The notes under the pieces are model-generated. The model had not been told where the DNA came from. It searched no databases and was given only the letters and a program-made list of their open reading frames with translations. Positions 13,644 through 26,701 of a stretch of DNA of 64,000 bases are shown piece after piece. A program made the translations under genes and the position numbers. Each line of letters starts with the position of its first letter. Position 1 is the first letter of the stretch. This DNA comes from Octopus bimaculoides (taxonomy: Eukaryota), in the NCBI RefSeq assembly GCF_001194135.2, contig NC_068987.1, positions 69,651,632 through 69,715,631 of the forward strand, in the 5' to 3' direction.

Positions 13644-15759
13644 TTGGAAAATAAGAGATACGTATAGAGAAGTAATTGAAATGTGAGAAGGAAATAAAGT
13701 CAAATAAAATTAAGGACAGAGAGTGTAATGAGAAAATTGAGAGAAAGAAAAATGATGTGACTAAATAGTTACCGTAGTCTAAAAAGACAGAGAACGGCAT
13801 AAGATCCGATTAAATAATAAACAACATGAATCAAACAAAGAAATGAAATATTTGTTCTTCGACAATGTTCTCTAATGCAAGCGACAGTTAAAACATGAAT
13901 TTTGCAGCAGGGAGACGCCGCATAGTTGCTCCGACTGCGTGAAGTAGTGACCAAATTTCTTCCCAATCACACCGTGTTGTCTGCTAAATAATGAATCAAA
14001 CATTGGATAATGTAGATTTAGCTACACTGTTTGAATACATGACAAGAGTGATGAAGAAACGTTTTTGATCGTAGCTATGCTCGATCACTTCTCAGCTCGG
14101 ACTAAACAACAATAAGAAGAACAACACGTTTTGCAGATCAAACTTCATGAAACCGCTTTGTTTAATTTTTCAGATACGGACATTCCGTCATAAGTTTCAT
14201 AGTATAAATTTTACTACTTATAACAATTATGTCCGAAGTTCGACGCGGTCCTTAAAAGTTCGCTTCAATTTGGTACCGCTTAATACCTATTTCAACACCA
14301 TTGTTACACTTCATATTTTCTTTTCGTGTCCTTTCAAGGGTTCAATCACGGTGAAGAAAATATTTCTAAGTTGTAATAATTGAACAGCATTAATATATAT
14401 TTATGTTCTTGACTAATGTCTATGAAAGTCTATTAGTGTGCAATAACAGGAATATAACTGCATCAGAACAATAGAGTCGCTGTGATACGTTTTTCTTCAA
14501 ATTATTCAAAGATGTAAAGCAGTTTAAACGTGTAAAATTGGTCGCTCACATTAAGACTAGGATGCCAATTATATTAAGAGAAGTATAGCTTCGTAGTACA
14601 AAGAGGACTAAAACTAATTTTATCAAATACTAAGAAAGTCGATCCGGACAACGTTTAAACGACGAACGCAGTGACGTATATGCATATTCTAGCACATTTA
14701 GGTCGGAGAATTTCTGTTTTTGCCTTTCTGCTACGTTAGTTATAATTGATCGTTTATTTTGGCACAGAGACACATCTGTAGGCAATATACGTAGTTGTTT
14801 GAATAAAACTCAATATATTTCAAGTGTGTCTTTTGTCGATCACAGTGGATGAATATAAAACCAGTGCATGAAGAAATTAGAAATCCGAGACGGACCAATG
14901 TGCATAAATATATCATCCCAAATAAAAGAAAAATTACTTTTACAGGAAAGGTTTTAAATCAATGAAATATAAAACACCTTGCCGGGAAAATAAACGTCTT
15001 CAAAAGTTTCAGTTATAGAAATTTAAAACAAAATGGAATGATCTAATAAAAACAGTGACCGCACTAAAGGAAATTGACTGATGAAGGGAAAATGGAAAAG
15101 GCAAAATAATTTATATCTGGAAAATCTTGAAAAGCTCGATACCATTAGCATCGAAGACTGTTGAATTCATTTGCTATTGAACTGTTCTGTTTCAACTGAC
15201 TGTAGACTGAAGCTATATACGGCCTATCTACAGGCTGATATGCCAGATGAACAAACTATATACTAAACTAGGATATCAACATTAAATTCTCTCATCCACT
15301 AAACATTAAATACATGAAAAAATTTTAAACCTCGTTCGTAACTGTACTTCATAATGATCATAGTCATGCAACGGGAGTCAGTACAATGAAACACACACAC
15401 ACACACGCGCACATACACACGCACACGCACGCACAAACACACATACACGTACACACATACACACACAAACACACACAGAAACTCACTCACACACACACAC
15501 ACACACACACAAAGTTTTTATGTTAAGATACATGAACATATTTTTCAAAGCTGGTCCAGTAAATAGGAAAATTTAAAAACAACATATATTGGCAAAAGAA
15601 CCAAGGAAAAATATACAAACATGAATTAGCTACTAAGACAACATCCATTTGTCAACGTTCCTTAAATTAGCAGACAACAAGTATTCGCACGCTTCCTTCT
15701 AGAATTATTGATGACACGTTCTGTGTAACATCGTTTTGTGATACACACACACACACAAA

Positions 15760-15797
<38 letters not shown>

Positions 15798-16212
15798 CAC
15801 ACACAGCCACACATACACACACATACACACACGAAAAGAAAGTAAAGCGGCTTGTGTTTGGGAAGAGACAGGGTAAATTTGTACTAAATTCAAATGATAT
15901 TTATCTATTAACGACGTTTCGTTCTATCTTCCAAAATTGGACATGATGAATAAATGAATAAAAAAGCTGCATAGTTCATCTCTTTCTTTCTCCCCACCCC
16001 TCTCTCTCTCTCACTCGTTTGAAAACATATAAATGAACCGNNNNNNNNNNNNNNNNNNNNNNNNNNNNNNNNNNNNNNNNNNNNNNNNNNNNNNNNNNNN
16101 NNNNNNNNNNNNNNNNNNNNNNNNNNNNNNNNNNNNNNNNNNNNNNNNNNNNNNNNNNNNNNNNNNAATATATATGCGTATATGTATGTATATATCCATA
16201 TGTATATATTGA

Positions 16213-16400
16213 TATATATTTAAATAAAGAAGTATTACTACCGTTATTAATGATAATAATAAGGTGGCAAGCAAGTGGTATTTAAATACCCTACTGGATC
16301 CAAATTTAGCTTACATTTTGGCTGTAAAATGTGTAAACTTGCTAACCACCTTATTATTATGATTAACAACGGTAATAATACTTCTTTATTTAAATTTATA
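16213..16400. repeat. Inverted repeat, 64-bp arms (16213-16276 / 16337-16400, 58/64 match), 60-bp spacer
   Basis: Direct base-by-base comparison. The spacer starts with the perfect palindrome ggtatttaaatacc, and 16270-16312 matches 16694-16736 at 40/43. Confidence 0.9.
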
Positions 16401-17443
16401 CTCGCTCACGATAGTTTTCGTTTTAAAATGTCGCCGGGACGTTTAAATTAAAGAGCGCACACGATGTAATGTGATGAATATAAATCAGAAATAGATGTTA
16501 AAAATGTTATTTTCAACTGACGATCCCAGAGTATGTTTGTCATACAGAGGGTGAAATCAATTGATATTGAAATATACATTCCTTACGTATGTATTCCACG
16601 CAAGGTAATCTTGTTTCTCTTATGATCATTGCATTGCCCGTGTGTATCTTAATAGTGAGTTACTGGTGGTTTTGGAGCGATGGCTACGATTGTAGCAAGT
16701 GGTATTTAAATACCCTACTAAATCTAAATTTAGCTTTTATATATATATGTGTGTGTGTGTGTGTGTATATGTGTGTGTATCTCTGTGTATATATATATAC
16801 ACACATCTATCTACCTATATGTATATACATATTGTATTCTACGAATAGCGTTCAGCTACATTTCATTTCGTCTTGATTTCAAATCCCACTGAAGTTTAAC
16901 CTTGACATTTCTCACTTTGAAATCAATGATTAATTCCGAGACGTTTCTTTTGATATCAATTTGATTCACTATGCTCCTTATTTACACCGTGATAGACATT
17001 AGTATATTGTTTGGACAGGTGTTGGATGTTGAACCGTAATACATTAACGTAGCGAACCCGAAGTTAGGACCCAGATTCGTAAGTAAACTGTTAAGAGTTC
17101 ACCCCATTATTTTGAACGTCCAAAATATTTCCATACCTAAAATCTGTTCAGACAAAAATAAACTAATATTTCACCTGGATAGTTTTATTAAGGTCTCGGT
17201 CAAGTTACAAATTCTAATGACTTGAATCGATGTTCAACTTTCCCTTTCTGATACAAAATATTTCTCTGTATTTCTGCATCAGATGGAAAATCCAGCAATT
17301 TTCAAAATGTCTTTCTCCCACCGTCAATATACTCCAAATATCTAATCAAAAGTAATATCTTTGTATAAATAAAAATGTGAAATAAAAGTAAATTAAATAA
17401 ATATTAATACAAATAATTGAAATGTTATATAAAATAATTTCAG

Positions 17444-17549
17444 TGATAGTCACCCTAAGGTTGCAGAACTTGCATCAGTGATCATTGTGTCAGCGGGGTG
17501 CATACCATATCATTCGAGATACATTCCTGCTATAGAGCAGGCAGTGAAT
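17444..17549 (+). CDS. Candidate coding exon (DSHPKVAELASVIIVSAGCIPYHSRYIPAIEQAVN), weakly like the N-terminus of an ANF-receptor/receptor guanylyl cyclase ectodomain
   Basis: Acceptor aaataatttcAG, donor GTATGA, GC-richer than its flanks, open from phase 2 to phase 0. R..PAIE.A resembles NPR3 RVRPAIEYA (recalled, not aligned by a tool). Confidence 0.3.
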
Positions 17550-18564
17550 GTATGAGAGCAAGATCCGGTTCCAACTAAGATCTGTAACTCAACAAAGATA
17601 TATTTCGATGCAATTTGCCCCATAGATAAAAATGATTCATGCACAAGTAGAGACTAAGAAAAATCGTATAAAAAATACAGTAGGAAGAATAATTCTGATA
17701 CATTCTGAATTTGAAAGAATATTTATACCGAAGCGGAAATGGGAAGTCATAACATTTATGAATGCCCGCGAGCATTATTTGCATGAACGTGGGAAAATAC
17801 TACACGAAATCGAAACCGGGCCGAACGTTCGTCTAACTCAATGTGTACTTCTTTTCTACAAATGTCATCGCATGTTCGTAATGAAAATTAATTTCTCAGA
17901 TACATGATTATACTTTAAAGAATTTTAGAATTTTCCGCGTAAGTTATAGGAAAAACAGGAATGACGTTGTTAGCTTCCATGATTCGTTGAGTGATTGGGT
18001 ATCAAACTTCAATCTCGAACTTGTTTCACTATAGGAACTTACCTTTTAGTTTTTGGTGCTTGCCAAAATGATGGAGAAATTTATTTGAAAATGCAATATT
18101 GAAAATGGTATTTTCCCAATAAATGATAACATGAAAGAAATGGAAAAAAAACCCCTTCAAAATATGTAATAAATAAATACATATAAAATGGTAGAAAAAT
18201 TAACGAATAAAGTAGTTGATAACTTGAAAGAGAAAACAATTTTACGGAGGAAGTGAAAGAGAAAAACGAAAAAAAATGTAGGGCTTGCTAGATAGACCGA
18301 CACACTCATTAAAGATTTATGTACATAGGCAAGTTGTCCGTTGAATGAAGAATAACATCGCTTGCAGAATGAGATTTTTCATGCAGGAAATGAAGAAGAG
18401 TGAGAAAGAGGGAACGAAATATAAAAAAAAGGATACAAAAAGTGAAATGAAAAAGGAAGTATGACAAGTGATGGGATGATAGTAGGATGAAAGAAGGTAA
18501 AAAAAAAAATGGGAGAGAGATAGAGATGAAAAAAATGATTAGTAGTGATGAAAACAGAATAGAA

Positions 18565-18602
<38 letters not shown>

Positions 18603-19814
18603 AATGATGATGATGATGCAAAGATATTTCAGACGGAACAAGTAAATGAAAAAACATGCAAAATATGTTTATAGATATGTTCGAAGAGAACATTGTAAAA
18701 TGTAATAGGAGGGAAACAATGCAAAGGAATATAGGAATGTGATAAATGGAGACATATTTAAGGGTTACAAATAGATTGAATGCAGAGGGAGAGTGAGGAA
18801 GAGAAAGAGAATAAGAAGGGCAGCTATGAAAATGGGAGAGGGGAAAGACGAAGAAAGAGAAGAATACGTAAACAGGTGAGCAGAAAAAAAAAGAAAAGCA
18901 TTAGCTGAGTCAAAATAAAGACCAAAAATAAACAGAACCAGTGACATTGGAACAACATGTTAAATACATATACAAACACAAGCATACGTGCACGTGCGTC
19001 TCTGTATGTATGTGTGTGTGTACGTCTTTGTATACGTGTGTGTGCGCGCACGCGTGAGTGTGCGTGTGACAGTGAAGGAAAGAAAATGAAAAATAGAAAG
19101 ACAAAACAGGAAATGAAGAGAGACATAAAGCAATAAAACAGGAAAACAACACAGACAAGAGATAAACTGACAAGAACTGTAATACGCAAGAAAGAGGGTA
19201 ATGCAAGGGAAGATGGTAACTATTTAAAAACAATGAACTGGAATAGAATTTGTATATTCAGAAATGAGAGAGTGAAAATGAATTTAAGGGATTGAACGAT
19301 ATGTACAAAAAAAAGTAAGCAGTAGAAATAAAAATGTAAAGGAAAGGCAAGCCTAAAAATCAAAAGAATGAAACAGAACTAGAGAATAATAAATAAAATA
19401 ATGATAATAGAAAAGAAATAAACAAATATAAGAAGAGTATAGAAAAAAGTAAGTAACAAAAATAAGTGGGCAATTTTAGACTTGTTCGTGTCTATGAGTG
19501 TGTAGAAATGTCAAAGAATTTGCATAACTGTGTGACTACGAGCATACTTTTGAGTATACAAGTACTTGTGTAGTTACATGTGTTTGTCTAAGGTGGACGT
19601 GTTTATCTGCATCGAAGCCGTCCAAGACAGGAATTCTTTGTTTATCAAAAAGAAGGCTAGAGAGAATACAGGACAAGAAGTATAAGGCATTTTACTGTCG
19701 TTGGAGACCTGCTAAACACGGACAAAAATCAATATAGCACTGGTTTGGGATGGTACTATGCATAGTTAACTATTTTGCTAGCTACCAGTCTTTACTCGAT
19801 ATGTGTGTGTGTGT

Positions 19815-19861
<47 letters not shown>

Positions 19862-20814
19862 CGTTTGTGTGTGTGTTTCTTAGCCTGTTCTATCTATGCA
19901 CAAAATTACTTTTCTACCACATTTTAAGATACATATTTATCTTTCTCCTTTCTCTCTCTCTCTCTCTCTATTTCTCTCTTTCGCAAAGACGTGTCGTATT
20001 GTTCTTAATCACCTACTAACAGACGTACAGACATGTTGGATTTAAAGGGTCTCTGTGTGCCACTACCAAACAAAGAAGCCTCTTTGTTGTTACTGGATAT
20101 GCTGACCGCGTAGCCAAATCTCGCTTAATTCAAACACCTAAAATGTTACCAAATAATGCGATATTAGAAAAACCGAAAACAGATATGATCAAAAAATGTA
20201 AACATCATGGAAGGATGTCTTTAGATTTTACTTCTATTTGGTCGAGCTGAATTGGGGCAAAATGACAACGACCGAGGTTGATTTATTTTTCCCCGAGTAA
20301 TATTTATAACGTTTACTTAATGCACAGAAGAATTATAAAAGAAATTAGATATGACACACCATAACAGAAGAATATAATACTTTGTTGCTGTTATTGTTGC
20401 ATTTGTGATTAAGATACAATCTGTCCTATTCTTGTTTTTTTTTCATTATTATTTTAAACGGTTACTGTAAGGGCTATTCAAACTAGGGAATCGGGTGGTT
20501 TTCCGAAATATCGTACATTTAATAGTAAAACCTTGTAGTAGATATCATATTTTTTAAGATGATGTGGTTTTGTTTAAAAATAAATTGTTGGTTTACTTAC
20601 AGTTTGAGCGACAACTTAGAGACACATCTCCATGCCGTATGCTGATGTTCTTTACGGTATGTGATACAATGTATCGCTTGTTGGGAGTCTTGTCACCTTC
20701 TCTGATTTGATGTAAATAAATTTATATACTTTCATCGGCTACCATTCACATTCACATTTTCCTTTTCTCTTTCCTGTCATTTACGCTTTTTGAATCACAC
20801 ATATATCCACCAAG

Positions 20815-21168
20815 GTGGAGGCACAATGGCCCAGTGGCTAGGGCAGGAGACTCGCGGTCATAGGATCGCGGTTTCGATTCCCAGACCGGATGTTGCAAGT
20901 GTTTATTGAGCGAAAACACCTAAAGCTCCACGAGGCTCCGGCAGGGGATGGTGGCAAACCCTGCTGTACTCTTCCACCACAACTTTCTCTCACTCTTTCT
21001 TCCTGTTTCTGTTGTACCTGTAATTCAATGGGTCAGCCTTGTCACACTGTGTCACACTGAATATCCCCGAGAACTACGTTAAGGGTACATGTGTCTTTGG
21101 AGTGCTCAGCCACTTGCACGTTAATTTCTCGAGCAGGCTGTTCCGTTGATTGGATCAACTGGAAGCCC
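20815..21168 (+). mobile_element. tRNA-derived SINE (family C), lacking the 3' tail
   Basis: A-box tggcccagtgg and B-box gtttcgattcc; high similarity along its length to the copy at 59582-59952. Confidence 0.9.
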
Positions 21169-21568
21169 ATTTCTATAAAATAAGACCCATAGCTGAGAAG
21201 ATTTGCAGGCGATTTTATGTTGTACTAGATACCCTAATCCGTCTGAGATCAAATCTTGTAAATATCATCAACTTTGTTTTACTCTCTAGTCGTAGATGAT
21301 ATTATAAAAAAAGTCATCAACATCGTGGAGTAACAGCTGAATATAAAAATCGTTCGTCTCCAATTTTAGCTAAAATTTACAAATATACTACATGTATTGT
21401 TTACCTATCAACTGTTTGCATTGTCTACTACTAACCGTTAACATAGTCTAGTATATTTCACCATGACTTCTTCAATTGATTGTCGTTTTAAGAATGTTGC
21501 TTTTAGACGAATTTCTCATTGATATATCAACAAATCAACCAGCATGTTCGCGCATCCACACGTTTACC

Positions 21569-21628
21569 AAGTATCACTAATCGTCTATATTGCACCAATT
21601 TATGTAATATAGACGATTAGTGATTCTT
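21569..21628. other. Hairpin: perfect 19-bp stem (21573-21591 / 21606-21624), extended by 3 pairs, 8-nt loop
   Basis: atcactaatcgtctatatt is the exact reverse complement of aatatagacgattagtgat. Confidence 0.85.
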
Positions 21629-21820
21629 AAGCTTATTGCGAAAAGCCTGGTTAGAGGCCCAAACTTCAGTGCTCTTTTACAGGGCTTAGAAAATCTGAAG
21701 GAAGGCTGCAATAGGTGTGTGAATCTGAGTAGAAAGTATATTGAATAAAATTATAATTAACTGATTGTCCTGTTTTTTTTCTTTTACACAAAGCCAGGAA
21801 CTTTTCATCACCCCCTCGTA
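21625..21820 (+). mobile_element. 3' remnant of a mariner transposon including the right TIR
   Basis: AWLEAQTSVLFY / GLENLKEGCNRCVNLSRKYIE* resembles the mariner transposase C-terminus. Ends in caggaacttttcatcaccccctcg-TA. Confidence 0.75.
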
Positions 21821-23341
21821 TATATACATATATATATATGTGTGTGTGTGTATCGTGTGTGCGTGTATGTGCGTGTGCGTGTGTGTGTGTAGACTATAAC
21901 ATAAGGAGTGCGGTGAATATTTGGGAAATCTGATGAAGGGAAAAAAAGGTGGGAGGGATAAATAGAGAGAAAGAATCAAGCGAGCGACTGACTATCCAAC
22001 CAACAAATCAAGAAAACCAGCCGACCGACAGACCGACCATTCAACTACTTTTGAAGCCATCTTTCTATACACGAAACGAGTCTTTGCCTGATAGTCAGTC
22101 AGTCAGCCCAACTTCAGAAATCTTCCTTTGTTGCGTTCACAGCGTTACATGCCGCTGCGTGCGTGCAACGACATCGACGGCACCTTCCTTCTAAAACACG
22201 TACATAAGCATGCACGACCGCACACACATGTATATACAAACGCACGCACGTACGCACGCACACACGCAGACACACACTCACAGACACTCATTCACGTATA
22301 CACGTACATATATCGCTTATAGGCTCTCAAAACTACATAAGCACAGCAGCATGCATGCAAGTAAGCACGCGTGAGCACGTTCGTATGTGCGTGCACTCAC
22401 GCATTCTCGCGCCTTTGGGAATGTGCGCACGCGCGTACGTGCTGCCTACTTGTCTACGTGCCTAGTTGTGTAGGAGCACTTAGTGGCCTGTTTCTTGTGT
22501 GCGCATACGACCACGAGAGTTTACACTTGTATGACTGCGGTTTATAAGGTTGAAATACCATGCGCTATAATAAATCTCTAAAGGCATGAGCATATGCATG
22601 TATGTGTACGTAGATACACACACAGTCCATACACGCATATGCATAAATGCACGCACACACAAACAGGCCATACTCACACATGCATAGATGCAAACACATA
22701 CATACCATACACACACACATTCATAAATCAACACACAAAGACACAGACCATGCACACATATGCATACATGCACACATACACAGAACATACACACACATAT
22801 GCATAACTGTGCACACGGTCCCGCACATATATATTAATTTTCAATATATCAATATATTCCATTTCTTGTGAAAGAGAAAGAGAAAGAGTGTGTGCATGTG
22901 CGTGTGTGTGCGTGTTTCAATGCATGCGTTTTCGTGTAGGTGTGTGCGTTCGTGTGTGTATTTATATGTGTGCGTGTGTGTGTGTGTGTGTATGAGGGTG
23001 TGCGTATGACACATGCGGAAACTAAATATCTTATACAAGTTACAGATTTTGTAGTTGAAGTATATAGTGTTGTGTATTTTGCAAAGAACACACACGTAAA
23101 ATAGGAAGATTCTCAAGATAATAGTGATAGGTGTGAGCGCAACATACAGTCACCATAACAACATGTCCTGCTTCATGTTGTGAAAGCGCGTGTTGCTAAC
23201 GTCACATATAAATGAGAATAATTACACTCAGATGCACACAAATACGTACACACATAGGTAGATGTATATTTGTGAATATACATATGTATGTATACATAAT
23301 GTATGAAAGGAAAGAGAAAGGAGATTGAGAGAATTTTATGT

Positions 23342-23374
<33 letters not shown>

Positions 23375-24183
23375 NNNNNNNNNNGCTTCCCCGATATGTC
23401 CGCATATAGTAAATATATAGGAACACAAATGTAAATAGAGAAGCGTCCAAATGAAATTCTCCCTTATTCGTAAATGCATATGAAGTAATACAAGTTTAGA
23501 TGCATATAGCACCCTTGATAAGGTTCAGGTAATATTTGTGTATACATAAATAGCTAAAAAGAAAAACGGTATACAAATGCTTACAAATAAACCTGTATAC
23601 ACTATATACTCATAAAATGAACACTCTCCCAAGACAACATATGGGTGTTGAAGAGTTAATGTTTGCGCATATATATATATATATATATATATACTCACAC
23701 ATGCGTGTACATATACAAACCCATATATACGAGTGTAAATTCTACCTGTTGTACTTCTCTCCTTCCTTCATACTTCTATGAATGTATATACGTTTATATA
23801 TCCGCAGGTGTAGATGTGTTTGACAGACAGAAGGGTGTATTTGTGTACATGAATATATAACTCCTATGTATATTCAAATTTTGCGGTGAATGTGAATGTT
23901 TTACGGTTTAAGTTCTTGTGTATGTGTATTTATTTGTATATACGTCTATCCGCGTATGTATGTGCATGTGCATATAGAGACGTGTATATGATTATAATGA
24001 TGCATGCATGGGTATATATACTTGTGTATGTGCGTGTATGGGTGCATTGTATGTATGTATGTTTATATATGTATAGACATATATGTGTGTTTTTATGTAT
24101 GTGCACGCGTGTACACATATATATGTATATACGTATACATATATGTATATATGTATACATATGTATGTATACATATATATGTT

Positions 24184-24217
<34 letters not shown>

Positions 24218-24946
24218 NNNNNNNNNNNNNNNNNNNNNNNNNNNNNNNNNNNNNNNNNNNNNNNNNNNNNNNNNNNNNNNNNNNNNNNNNNNNNNNNNNN
24301 NNNNNNNNNNNNNNNNNNNNNNNNNNNNNNNNNNNNNNNNNNNNNNNNNNNNNNNNNNNNNNNNNNNNNNNNNNNNNNNNNNNNNNNNNNNNNNNNNNNN
24401 NNNNNNNNNNNNNNNNNNNNNNNNNNNNNNNNNNNNNNNNNNNNNNNNNNNNNNNNNNNNNNNNNNNNNNNNNNNNNNNNNNNNNNNNNNNNNNNNNNNN
24501 NNNNNNNNNNNNNNNNNNNNNNNNNNNNNNNNNNNNNNNNNNNNNNNNNNNNNNNNNNNNNNNNNNNNNNNNNNNNNNNNNNNNNNNNNNNNNNNNNNNN
24601 NNNNNNNNNNNNNNNNNNNNNNNNNNNNNNNNNNNNNNNNNNNNNNNNNNNNNNNNNNNNNNNNNNNNNNNNNNNNNNNNNNNNNNNNNNNNNNNNNNNN
24701 NNNNNNNNNNNNNNNNNNNNNNNNNNNNNNNNNNNNNNNNNNNNNNNNNNNNNNNNNNNNNNNNNNNNNNNNNNNNNNNNNNNNNNNNNNNNNNNNNNNN
24801 NNNNNNNNNNNNNNNNNNNNNNNNNNNNNNNNNNNNNNNNNNNNNNNNNNNNNNNNNNNNNNNNNNNNNNNNNNNNNNNNNNNNNNNNNNNNNNNNNNNN
24901 NNNNNNNNNNNNNNNNNNNNNNNNNNNNNNNNNNNNNNNNNNNNNN
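24218..24946. other. Largest assembly gap. Other N-gaps: 16041-16166, 23375-23384, 27806-27925, 31740-31749, 32915-33107, 43310-43608, 48720-49079, 49974-49994, 57284-57471
   Basis: N runs, most of them abutting simple repeats. Confidence 1.
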
Positions 24947-26354
24947 TATATTTATATATATATATTTCTTTTGTGTATAATTTAGTTCTTTTTGTGTGTT
25001 TATGTGTTTATATAGGTCAGTAGCTTTATTGAGTGGAAAAGAGAAGAAAAATACAGAACTTTTAGCTATTTGCAGGAATGATGTCCCGTGCTTTGAATGA
25101 TTCCCTTAGGCATCATACTCATAACATCATTAGATGTAGAAATACAAACGAAATCGAGGCGGGCCGAAAAACGAGGATTTATGTGTTCTTATAATTCGCA
25201 AAAATATATTCTATTGATACAAACATAACCCTATTTGCCATGACTGATGGTATGATCGGCTAAATTCAGCGACAGATAATAATTTCTTGTTCTTACTTAA
25301 ATAGATAAGCATTCGCTCGCGTGTGTATGTACGTGTGCATGAATGTGTGTATATGTGTAAGAAAGATTGAAGGCAGAGACAGAGTGAAGTAATTAGATAG
25401 AAAAAAGAGCGAAGGAAAGAATGGTAAGGGAGAAATGGAGAATATTTTCTACCTCAATTTATAACATTGTTTTCCTTATAGAAAGAAGCATACTGCTGTA
25501 TTTGGAATATATTGTTATGGCTACACAAACGTGTATAATTCAATCAATATTCAGAACTACCTTTGCGTTTTCTAGTCCCCAAACATTTACCATATGTCCA
25601 TTTATATTCAATGTTTCTTATGAAAATAATAAAGAACGAAAATATAAATGGGACCTTTCCAATATTATTTTGCTTGGAGCACACTTTATTGGTAATTGTA
25701 ACACAGCAATTTTCGATGCAGTTCACATTTTTCCCTTTATACTATGATTATCTGTTTGTCTTTAACACACACATTACGTTATATAGAACTAAGGTTACAA
25801 ATAGTTTCTTTATCATCTGCACCCATAAGATTTTCCAACTAATGACTACTCACAACTACATCTTACCATCATATTATATACACACGGTGACCTAGCGCAC
25901 TATCTAGTCGTTAATATTGGATAATTGGGTGGGTTTCAGGTAATTGTATTTCGCCTGTCTAAAATACAGCATATATTTTCGATTCCGAATCGTCTGAGAC
26001 AGTTAAGTGATTTACAGGGGACAGTTCTCTCTACCATATCTCTCCATATCTTACATATTGCTTATTCTGTGTCCCCAGCAACATAAACTGTTGCCAGATG
26101 GTGTAGTCTTGGAGTATAAGTTAAATAATGTTTCTGCAAAACATCGAGGAAATTACACATGAACCATAAATGGTGGTTACGTTTGTGGTTGATAAATATA
26201 TTTAGAAGAATTAAATATCCAAGTGAAGTTTGTTTTAAACGAATAAAATTCTGTGCCATATGACTAGAAACATGTCCACTTTCTTCCAAATGGGAATCAG
26301 ATACTTTCTTAAAAGTAAGTAGAACACAAGTTCTGTAATAAAAAGAAAATATAC

Positions 26355-26414
26355 AAGTGGTGCATCAGCATGGCCGCAGCTCTGAGCTGAAACTTAAAAA
26401 AAAAAAAAAAAAAA
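26355..26414 (+). mobile_element. 5'-truncated 3' end of a family B SINE with an A-tail
   Basis: agtggtgcatcagcatggccgcagctctgagctgaaac followed by an A-run; reverse-complement similar to 11110-11157. Confidence 0.55.
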
Positions 26415-26669
26415 GGCTAACAAATGATACTTTGTAGGTTCAGCGTATTTGCTAAAATCAGTAACACCATGAAATCACATTTAAAGAAACAGATGTTAAA
26501 GACAAGATTTGAACGCCTGTGATCAAGATCTTCATTGATAGGACTGTTTTGAGCCTAAACCAGAACAACAATAACATTCACTGTATTTGTTGCTTGAATC
26601 CTATCTCAATCTATCACGTTCATTTTCTTTCTCTCTCTGTCACCCTCTCAGTCTCTCTTCCCCTTTCAA

Positions 26670-26701
<32 letters not shown>

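Noticed and set aside
20815-20890. tRNA-like sequences here and at 59582, 39580, 54163 and 54437
   Set aside because: They are SINE heads with A/B boxes that continue into SINE bodies, with no complete cloverleaf.
23886-25023. The longest ORFs (300-364 aa), and similar ones at 27589, 32760, 43147, 48612 and 57154
   Set aside because: They are open only because they run through N gaps.
26079-26314. Exon-like segment QHKLLPDGVVLEYKLNNVSAKHRGNYT with a good acceptor and a downstream GTAAGT
   Set aside because: All frames hit stops before the donor, so it was not kept as coding.
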